Made by a program: the position numbers and the translations under genes. From Azolla caroliniana (Eukaryota > Plantae > Polypodiophyta), in assembly GCA_043228905.1 (NCBI GenBank), contig JBHGNT010000674.1, forward strand, positions 1 through 17,966: a stretch of DNA of 17,966 nt, read 5' to 3'. Below the pieces are notes generated by a model that saw only the letters and a program-made list of their open reading frames with translations, searched no databases and was not told the origin of the DNA. Of this stretch, positions 1-9,184 are shown piece by piece; position 1 is the first letter of the stretch; every line of letters starts with the position of its first letter.

Positions 1-3000
1 AATCCAGCCATAGATTGGAGAACAAGAGAAGTCTGATATCGACCACCCCAAGAATCTACTCACCGAGTTTCGACCATTTCACTCCATCAATTACGCGAAG
101 AAGGACACAAGGAGGCAATGTTCCTATTTGCAATATCAGTACATCCTTCCAGCACTATTAAGAAGGACTCCTCAGTACAACTTCCGGCAAAATATCATCC
201 TTATGCCGATGTATTTGACAAGGTAAAAGCCGGTACCCTTCCTCATCACCGTCCCTATGACTGTCCCATCGATTTACAACCAGGGACCGAGCCACCATGG
301 GGACCAATTTACAACTTGTCACCCACCAAGTTAGAAGTCCTTTGAGCCTACATAGAGGAGAACTTGGCAAGCGGGTTCATCCATCATTCGAAATCTCCGG
401 CCGGTGCACCCATCTTCTTTGTCAAGAAGAAAGATGGCTCACTTCGTCTCGTCGTTGATTACCGTGGATTGAATAAGGTCACCATCCGGAATAGGTATGC
501 ACTTCCTCTTATATCAAGTCTTTTAGAGTGAGTTAATGGTGCCAAGTTCTTTACCAAAATCGATCTACGAGGAGCGTATAACCTCGTGCGGATCCGACCG
601 GGAGATGAATGGAAGACCGCCTTTCGCACGCAGTATGGGCATTTTGAGTATACTGTTATGCCGTTCGGCTTAACCAATGCACCCGCAGTCTTCCAACACA
701 TGGCAAATGATATATTCAGAGACCTCTTGGATATCTGTTTGATCATCTATCTGGATGATCTATTGATTTATTCGAAGACCCAGCAAGAGCACGATTCTCA
801 TGTACTATTAGTACTAAAGCGACTCCGCGAGAATGGTCTTTATGCCAAGCTAGAAAAATGTAGCTTTGACTGCAAGCAAGTGGAATTTCTAGGCTACGTC
901 ATCTCCTCAAAGGGCATCACCATGGATCCAGCTAAAATCCAAACTGTACTAGAGTGGCAAATTCCACGGTCGGTACGAGATGTACAATGTTTTCTAGGTT
1001 TTGCTAACTTCTACCGTAAGTTTATACAGGATTATTCAAAGATTATTTTACCCCTCACACAACTTACTAAGAAGGGCCAAGCATTTCTTTGGTCCATCGA
1101 AGCAGATATGGCTTTTCGGCATCTTAAGAAAGCCTTTACATCAGCACCGATTCTAGCTCATGTGGATACAAGCAAACCATTCATCATGGAGGCCGATGCT
1201 TCAAATTTCGCCCTCGGTAGCATCCTTTCTCAACAAGGAGATAAAGAAGAGTTGCATCCGGTGGCTTTCCATTCGCGCAAATTCGATGTCGCGGAAATCA
1301 ACTACGAAATACATGACAAGGAGTTATTAGCCATCGTGGATTCATTTGTGCAATGGCGGTATTTCTTAGAGGGCTCTCCACATCAGGTCATTGTCTTTAG
1401 TGATCATAAAAATCTTGCTTATTTCCAGAACGCTCGCATACTAAATCGACGACAAGCTCGGTGGGCGCAATTCCTCACGCATTTCGACTTCAAAATCACA
1501 TATCGACTGGGGAAGCAGCAAGGAAAAGCAGATGCACTATCACGGTGTTCATATCTTGCACCTCGTCCTGGTGATCCAACATTTGATAATCAAAAGCAAG
1601 TAATCTTGGGACCAACACGATTGCACACGACGCGGATTTTTCACACCCCGATGGATTCACGAATTACCGATGACATACGTGCAAACTTGAAGATGGATAG
1701 TTTTGCTCAAGACATCCTAGCACACATTGATACTTCTCGGGCATCCTGTTCTTAGTCTCAACAACCAGGTATTGACTACCGACAATTCGAATATCATGAT
1801 GGTTTGTTATTCTTTAAAAAGCGCGTATATGTCCCCGATTGCTCCTGTCGCCTTCAAATCGTCCAACATTGTCACGACACCCATACGACGGGACATTTCG
1901 GTAGTACTAAGACGTTGGAGCTAGTGCAACGATCTTTTTGGTGGCCCCACATGCGCCGTTTTGTCGACGACTACGTTCGGACCTGTGATGCTTGCTGCCA
2001 AGCAAAGATGCCACGACACCATCCATATGGCTTGTTGGAACCCTTACCGATTCCAAGTAAGCCGTGGCAGTCTATTTGTCTTGATTTTATCACAGATTTG
2101 CCGGTCTCGCAGGGGTTCGATGCTATCTTAACTGTCATTGATCGATATACGAAGATGGCACATTTTGTTCTGTGTACTAAGGCCATCACTAGCGAGGAAA
2201 CCGCCGCCCTAGTCATGCGTGAGGTATTTCGGCATCATGGCCTCCCAGACAGTATCATCAGTGACCGAGGACCGCAATTTGTCTCCAAATTTTGGCAGCA
2301 TCTCTTCAAGATGCTCAAGGTCTCTTGCAACCTCTCCTCCAACTACCATCCTCAGTCCGATGAGCAGGCGGAACGAACAAACCAAACGCTGGAGCAATAT
2401 CTCAGGTGTTTCCTGAGTTATCAACAGGACGATTGGGCCGAGATTCTCCACTTTTCGGAGTTTGCGTATAATAATGTTGTTCACTCCTCGACTCGAGTCT
2501 CCCCATTCTACGCCTATACCGGTTCTCATCCTCGTTGGTCGGTGATCGACACCCCAGAGCTACCTACCAATCCTCGTGTCGGGGATCATTTGGAGAGACT
2601 ACGCAAGATCCAGACAGACCTCTCGACTCATCTTCGTCATGCTCAACAGACACAGAAGACTTACGCGGATCGTCATCGGCTTCCCTCCTCTTTTGCCATC
2701 AGAGATCGAGTATGGCTCTTACGTCGTCACATCAAGACTACTCGACCGTGCGACAAGTTGGATTATCGACGACTCGGTCCTTTCCGTATTACGGGTAAGG
2801 TTAATGATGTCACATTTCGCCTCGATCTCCCTCCGCAGCTTCAGATACATCCTGTTTTCCATTGTTCTCTTCTTGAACCTTATAAAGCAAACACCATTCC
2901 CGATCGTGTTACACCACCGCTGCCCCCGTTGGAGTTGGACGCCGGCCCAGAGTATGAAGTTGCTGCCATCCTCGATTCCAAACTTATTCGCAACAAACTT

Positions 3001-3159
3001 TATTATTTGGTCGATTGGCTTGGTTATAGTCTGAGCGAACGCACTTGGGAACCCGTCGAGCATGTTGCCAATGCTCAGGATCTGCTTGCTGATTTCCACC
3101 GAAAGTATCCGGACAAACGCGATCCACAATCGCCGACTTGTTCCACTCGTCGTCTTTAA
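1..3159 (+). pseudogene. pol: Gypsy pol polyprotein (RT, RNase H, integrase, chromodomain) with 4 in-frame stops
   Basis: ORFs 118, 586 and 1804 share one frame. RT motifs KTAFRT, MPFGLTNAPA, YLDD (748-759); RNase H EADAS, YEIHDKELLAI, DHKNL; integrase HHCC plus D(LDFIT)-D(SDRG)-E(AERTNQ) and GPF; chromodomain EYEVAAILD...YLVDWLGY...TWEP from 2950. Stops at 34, 343, 529 (TGA) and 1753 (TAG). Confidence 0.95.
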
Positions 3160-3170
3160 GGGGGAGATAG
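3158..3170 (+). other. Polypurine tract of gypsy element 1
   Basis: AAGGGGGAGATAG overlapping the pol stop and directly before the LTR start TGTCA. Confidence 0.9.
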
Positions 3171-3578
3171 TGTCATGATATGGCAAGACTCGAACCCATA
3201 ACCTTATGGTATATGGGTCAAGCTCTTAACCATCACACCATCTATTGTAATTCATAGGATATTATTTTCATTTATGTTTTATTATAAGAAAGTAATGTAT
3301 ATTCCAGATTTCTCTGGAACATTCTAGAAGTTTCAGGATTACTCCTGACAACACTATAAAAGAAGGCACTAAGCATTATGTTGAACCAAATTGGTTCAAC
3401 ACCAGTCTTAAGCCTCTTAGCCATTTGTACTTATTCTTCACATAATATATTGGCTGTTATCATCATCATCTCTCTTTCTCTCTCTCTCGGGAGTCTTACG
3501 CAGTCCCGTCCTCTTATTACTAATAGTACTGCTCTTCTTTAATACTAATTCCATCTCTGTTTAGTACTATTCCTGACA
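3171..3578 (+). repeat. 3' LTR of gypsy element 1 (408 bp)
   Basis: TGTCA...TGACA termini, follows the PPT, TATAAAA at 3355, (CT)n tract; homologous to 12298-12662. Confidence 0.92.
3316..3335 (+). promoter_or_regulatory. Perfect 4-unit heat-shock element in LTR U3
   Basis: gGAAcaTTCtaGAAgtTTCa matches nGAAnnTTCnnGAAnnTTCn, about 20 bp upstream of TATAAAA. Confidence 0.7.
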
Positions 3579-4203
3579 CCCTCCTCCTCCTTGAGAAGGG
3601 ATCGCTTCCCATTGAGATCATGGCCATGGAAAGTGTTGTTGAATACATGTTTAAGGTTCAAAAAAGCCCCTCACATTGACTTCCTAGAATTGCATGGGAA
3701 GCAAGCAAAAAGATCCAACAGACGCATAAAAGCAAAATTTTGTGTTCCGGTTGGATGCAAGATTTAGAAAAATGGTTTGGTAAATGGGATGCAAGACACT
3801 TGCTTCATGATGCGTCACTAGATTCCTCTGTAAATGAGGCCTTTTTGTAACGCCAATGTATCATGACATGGGACAAATGTGGTGGCTCACGCTTCACAGA
3901 TTATACTACAAATGTTGCACTTGACTACAAAACCGCATTCTTCGCGGAATGGGGAAGTCGTACACATCGATACATGTTAGAGCCCATCCCGATATCTGCC
4001 ATTCGAACCATTGCTTCCATGCGACTTAGCTCGCATGCATTGAGATGTGAGACAGGGCGTTGGGGCACAAGCGATGAGAGTGGCCGACTATGTACACTTT
4101 GCCCTAAACAAGTTTGAGAGTCTGAGTATCACACTTTGATACAATGCTCTGCCTTTGATCATATTCGACCATGCTTTCCACATCTCTTTGATTGGGCCCA
4201 ATC
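3579..4203 (+). pseudogene. Non-LTR retrotransposon (LINE, RTEX-like) ORF2 C-terminal remnant
   Basis: Frame from 3581 reads LLLEKGSLPIE...*LPRIAW...MRLSSHALRCETGRW...RLCTLCPKQV*ESEYHTLIQCSAFDHIR, the post-RT RLSSHxLxxETGRW motif plus CCHC finger; 3 internal stops. Confidence 0.75.
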
Positions 4204-4243
4204 CCCTGGTTCTGTCTAACGCTTCCGCATGTTTACATTCACA

Positions 4244-4255
4244 TGGTATCAAAGC
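4244..4255 (+). other. Primer binding site (initiator tRNA-Met type)
   Basis: TGGTATCAAAGC, one mismatch from canonical TGGTATCAGAGC, directly after ...TTCACA. Confidence 0.85.
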
Positions 4256-4337
4256 GCGAGGGTTGAGAACCTCTGCGGTCGACACTTGCTTTCGTAGACG
4301 AACCCTAGAACCCGACAACAATAGACAAAGAGAAAAT

Positions 4338-5654
4338 ATGGACAGAGGGATGGCGAGTTCACTTCCAACAAAGAAGCTCGACTGGATCAACTACGTGTCT
4401 TGGTCATACAAGATGCACCAGTACCTGCTGGGGCATGGATATTGGATCTTCGTGGAACGAACGAACGAGGTAGTGTCGGAGCCGGCACACAATGACTTCC
4501 TGGTATGGGAGCAAGGAGCGAGCCGAGTATTGTACTACGTCACGTCCTATGTGCATGACCAGTTGCTCGGCTACATAAAGGATGTAAAAACGCCGAAGGA
4601 GGCCTGGGGAAATCTGAGGAAGATTTTTGCTGCGAGTACCACAGCCTGTAAGTTGCAGCTCTGGCAAGAGCTGAACAACATCCGACAAAGAGAAATGTCG
4701 GTGACGGACTACACCACAAAGATAAAGGAGATTTGCAACACACTCGGGTGCATCAATGTGACGGTGGACGAAGACGAGATGGTACAAATCTGCCTCGGTG
4801 GTCTAGCGCAAAGGTACGGGTCAATCCGAACAATGATCTGCACCCGGGAGAAACCACCGTCTTTCTTTGACTTGCAATTGATGCTGATGGTCGAAGAAAA
4901 CCACGCGAGTGGATCAAGGACCACTCAATTGGACGACCAAAATGTTGTACACAGAGATAGATTGGCCCCATGGACGTAGTGGATGAGGTGGGTTGGTATG
5001 CCATGGAGGTGGCCGACAAGAGTAGGACCGGAGGCACAGGGGTGGTGTCGACAGTAGTTCTGGACCCTCCACAAGCAGGGGGAGTCAAAGCGGCATCGGG
5101 AACCGGCAAGGAAAGGCCGACACAGAATGCTAGTACGGTGGCAAAAAGGGCCACAGAGAAAGCGAGTGCTGGAAGAAGCGTGCTGATTCGGACAAATCCG
5201 GATACAACAAAACCGGTGGGAGAACTGGCAAAGCTCGCACTATGCGGAAGGATCGGGAACCGAGAAAACCAGTAAAGGGTCAGCCTTCGTGATGAAGCAC
5301 AAGGCTAACTCGATGAAGAATACTACTTCTAAATCGGAGGATGTATGGTAGGTTGATTCTAGAGCGTCCAACCACATGACGAGCCATGAAGAGTGGTTCT
5401 CTTTTTTGGAGAAGCTGGAACAACTGGGGATTGTCGAAACCGGAGACGACACCCCTCACCCGATTGTGCATGTCAGAGAAGTCCCTTTAAGCCATGTCGA
5501 ACAAAAGGGGAAGCTGATGAACGTACTACATGTTTCGACTATCACAAAGAACCTAGTTTCAGTTGGACAAATCGTGGACCAAGGGATGCAGGTGCGATTT
5601 ACGCACCTAGGGTGCTTCATCGAGGAAGAAGGCCGGATAATTGCACAAGGGCAC
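4338..5654 (+). pseudogene. gag: Copia gag + zinc knuckle + aspartic protease (frameshifted, with stops)
   Basis: KLDWINYVSWSYKMHQYLLGHGYW, KTPKEAWGNL, SVTDYTTKIKEIC; decayed knuckle C*YGGKKGHRESEC (5128-5169); protease W*VDSRASNHMT (D at 5355), NVLHV..KNLVSVGQ. Confidence 0.88.
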
Positions 5655-7043
5655 TATCGCAAAAATACGACAAGGATACGTGAACTTGAGGCAGGACCCC
5701 GAGGCCTCCGACTAGAGAATATCAAATTCGTGTGTTTATGTACTAAGAATTAACCGAAATAAGAAAGATTGACAAATTTCATTAACAAATAGAAAGAAAG
5801 ATTACAATTAATCTCAAGATTGGGATTACAAAAAGTTTAGTTAATGGAGATTGCTAGAGTAATAGATTAGAAGAATTTGAGATATGGATTCGATAGAAAA
5901 TTAGGGTTTTTTGGCTTTGATGAGATTATGGTTTATGAGTTAAATAACTTCCCTATGGAAAATTTTGAATTATGAGTGATAGCTCCTCCTTAGAAAATTC
6001 GGATCTTCCATTTTCTCTCTCCCCCATACACTTGCATGAAGGAACTTCAGTTTGCATCTCCCCCTTCCCTTGCATGCATCCCACATGGCGTTTTTTTATT
6101 TTAGTTACATTATCTCTCCACTTTTTCTTTTCATGCCTTCCATATGATCTTTACTTTACGTATGCCCTCCAACTTTCATTGCATGCGTCCACATGGCCTT
6201 TACTTTAGTCTCTTTTACTTTACTTTAATTTGCCACATGATCCTATCATCCATCCGTCTCAATCATCGCCCATCCAATCCATCCAATCCAGGTCCAACCT
6301 CGTCTGGTCGCTGGTTCCGCCCGATCACCGATTCCGTCTGGCCGTCGGTTTCCGGTTGCCGGATCCGGCCGATTTTTGACTCCATCTGATTGCCGATTTC
6401 GATTTTAATTACCGACCGATTCTAGTTTGCTTACCAGCTGATTCCGATTTGCTTTACGGCTAGTTCTGGTTTGTTTTCCGGCCGGTTCCGGTTTGCTTAC
6501 CGGTTGATTCCGATTTGGTTTCTGACAGGTTCCAATTTGGTTTTCGGCTTATCGGCCGATTTCGAATTGATTTCCGGCCGAATCCAATTCCATTACCAAC
6601 CAATTCCATTTTATTGCCAGTCGGTTTTTGGGAACTTGGCCTTCCGGTTTGGTTTCCAGCCAGTTCCAATTTGGTTTTCAACTTACCGGCCAATTCGAGT
6701 TCCATTTTATTGCCAATTGGTTTTTGGGAACTTGGCCACAATCATCTATCTAGACAAAGTGGCCAAAGTGCTCTTAGTACAAATGAAAAATAAGGGATCT
6801 CAATGTGCTTATATAGCCAGGGCCTTAAATTTCCTATCTATGTGGGATAAATCATAGTTCTTTTTTCCCTATCTTCTCAAACTTCATGTTCTCATAACTT
6901 GATATGTAGTTGTCCATTTTGTATCTAGTAAATGTTTTTTGAAGCTCTTGGGTACATCCATCTTCCTATAACAAGCTACTAATCTAATCGAAAATAATTA
7001 TTTCATTATTTTTTTTACATAGTGTGTGAAGATTCACACGACA
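5655..7043 (-). mobile_element. 1389-bp non-coding insertion in copia pol, probable solo LTR of another family
   Basis: Termini TATCG (likely mutated TGTCG)...CGACA. Flanks GCAC and ACGC are each one transition from GCGC. Removing the insert restores IIAQG-RKEGRMFIL. Orientation is tentative. Confidence 0.65.
6300..6737. repeat. Degenerate CCGG/CCGATT-rich internal repeats within the insertion
   Basis: Many TTCCGGTT/CCGATT variants; TTCCATTTTATTGCCA..GGTTTTTGGGAACTTGGCC at 6604 and 6700 (96 bp apart). Confidence 0.7.
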
Positions 7044-7044
7044 A

Positions 7045-7803
7045 CGCAAAGAAGGGAGGATGTTCATCCTCAACACCAATGACGTTGGCACCGCCATGTT
7101 TGCCAAAGGATAGAAGATTGAATCCAACATCGATCTTTGGCACAAGCAAATCGGCCACGTCAACTACTAGAGGCTTCATGACCTACAATCGAAACAAGTT
7201 GTTTTTGGTTTGCCGAAATTTAGCGGCTGGGAGGCCGAAATTTGTGAAGCATGTCAACTCGGGAAGCAACACCGGCTTCCATTCCCCACCAAACGAAACC
7301 GGAGCACTAACAAGCTCGATCTAATACATTCAGATGTATGGGGACCGACACAAAACGTTAGTCTTGGTGGGAGTCAATACTTCGTCTCCTTCATCGACAA
7401 CTACAACCTCATTGAGAGGAAGAGCGAAGTCTTTGAATGTTTCCGGAACCTTCAAAGTTTAGTTGAACAAGAAACAGAGAGGAAGATCAAGTGCTTGCAG
7501 TCAGATGGCGGAAAAGAATATTTTTCCGGTCAATTCAATAGTTATATGCATCAAAACGTAATTCAGGGAGAATTCAGCTATAGATACACACAAGAGCAAA
7601 ACGGTGTGGCTGAAAGGAAGAACCGGTCGATTGTCGACGCGACAATGGCAATGCTAGAGGAGAAGAGCATGCCCCAATTCTATTGGGCTGAGGCGGTCCG
7701 GATGACCATCTACATCCAAAACTGGATCAGTGACAAGGTGACAACACATGAGTTGTATTTCGGGTGGAAGCTGAATTTGAGACACCTTCAGATATTCGGC
7801 ATC
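7045..7803 (+). pseudogene. Copia integrase (HHCC zinc finger + rve core)
   Basis: LWHKQIGH...CEACQLGKQHRLPF; LIHSDVWGP, LQSDGGKEY, QNGVAERKNR, PQFYWAEAV; stops and a small deletion after FIDNY. Confidence 0.9.
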
Positions 7804-8301
7804 ATGGTACACCTTACCGACTCCAACTCCCGACGAAGACTCGATTTCGGAAGATGAGGCTAATGAGCGCGAGGAGGTCTAGGTAGAAGATGAAGACTTC
7901 GGCACTCTAGAAGAGAGTCTGATCTCATTCCGACTCAGTGGACCGAATGGGCGGCTGAGTCGAGATGACCAGTTGGATGAAGAACCGACGAGTAGTGGAG
8001 ACTCTGTCGTGCTCTCCCTTGCGCAAGGAACCAAGGAGATAGTTCACGCGCAAAGAGAAGGGGAAGAAGAAGATGTCGGAATACGAAACCGGGAACGTTG
8101 AGTCGGATCGGAGCGAATCCGACTCCAGAAAGGATGAAGGCGAATCTTCGGGACTGAAGTCTGAACCGGCCAAGAAGGGCCCCAAACCGGGTGATGACAA
8201 GATACGTCGATCTTCCTGCTAGAAGAACCCCGTTACGCGGTACGGGTACAATGAGTACATGGCGCATCACTCTACGTACATGATAAAAGTGGCAGAAGTG
8301 C

Positions 8302-8889
8302 GTGAGCCGGAGAGCTACGCAGAAGCGGCAAAGGATGCAATTTGGCGTGCCACAATGGAGGAAGAAATGTAGGCACTCGATGCCAACGACACATGGGACC
8401 TCGTTGACCCTCCCCGACATTATAAAGTACAATGCCGATGGTTTGGTTAATCGGTACAAGGACCGATTAGTGGCGAAGGGATACACACAGACCCATGAAA
8501 TCGACTACGACGAGACCTTCGCCCCGGTAGTGAAGATGACGACGGTTCATGTGGTACTGGCGGTTGCTGCGGCAAGGGGGTGGCATCTTCACCAGATGGA
8601 CGTGAAGAATGTGTTTCTTCAAGGTGACCTTGAAGAACGACTCTATATGATCCAACCTCCTAGTTTTTAGTCGGAGATTATCAAATCAGCAGTGTGTTGG
8701 CTTAAGAATTCGCTTTACGGTTTGAAACAAGCCCCCCGAGCTTGGAATGCAAAGATCACGCATCGATTGCGTAAGATGGGGTTTGTGACCTCTAAATCCA
8801 ACTCATCATTGTTCATCCGGCAAGGTCCGGTTGGTCTGGTTTGCATCTTACTTTATGTAGATGATTTAGTCATCACCAGACCCGATTGA
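8302..8889 (+). pseudogene. Copia reverse transcriptase (RVT_2), 3' truncated
   Basis: [54 protein letters not shown] (YVDD 8854-8865). Confidence 0.92.
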
Positions 8890-9108
8890 AGAGGTCGAAG
8901 ATGATGAAGACAATAGAAGACCCGCAATGTGTGTTAAGTATGTGGATGTCAATAACACAAGATTCCTTATTTCTATCACTACTTCTCCTATAGACCACCA
9001 AATTTAGTGTGATATATCTCATTACGAAGCTCTAATCGAGGGCTTTCTAACACTTATCTTTGTGCCCAATTCTGTTGCTAATAGAGAGCGTAGCTCAATA
9101 AAAATGAA

Positions 9109-9181
9109 TTTGCTTCTTCTTCTTCCCCTCTCCACTCTTGCTTTTCTCTCTCTCTCTCTCTCTCTCCTCCCCCCCCCCCCC
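9109..9181. repeat. Pyrimidine-rich low-complexity tract: (CTT)n, (CT)n, poly-C
   Basis: Seen directly; abuts the truncated 5' end of gypsy element 2. Confidence 0.85.
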
Positions 9182-9184
9182 TAG

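Larger units (their letters stand above)
1..3578 (+). mobile_element. Ty3/gypsy chromovirus LTR retrotransposon (Tcn1-like), 3' part: pol + PPT + 3' LTR; 5' part lies outside the window
   Basis: Domain order PR end-RT-RNaseH-INT-chromodomain, then purine tract 3158-3170 and an LTR bounded by TGTCA...TGACA. Confidence 0.95.
4204..8889 (+). mobile_element. Degenerate Ty1/copia retrotransposon, truncated at both ends and interrupted at 5655-7043
   Basis: LTR end (CA 4242-4243), PBS, then gag-PR-INT-RT in copia order; stops just after YVDD with no RNase H or recognisable 3' LTR. Confidence 0.92.

Noticed and set aside
158-3186. Alternative-frame and antisense ORFs over gypsy pol (likewise over copia)
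   Set aside because: Shadow ORFs of the retroelement coding frame with no independent motifs
6460-6857. Overlapping repetitive ORFs (93-128 aa)
   Set aside because: By-products of the GC-rich degenerate repeats; no recognisable domain
5652-7024. CACTA-like ends (CACTATCGCAAAAA ... TTTTTTACATAGTG)
   Set aside because: No 3-bp TSD (GGG vs TGT) and about 20 bp would remain unexplained before copia resumes; the 5655-7043 boundaries restore the copia frame exactly
8925-8929. CAATG matching the 5 bp after the gypsy 2 LTR (12663-12667) as a TSD
   Set aside because: Not followed by the family LTR (TGTCA...); a 5-bp match is expected by chance
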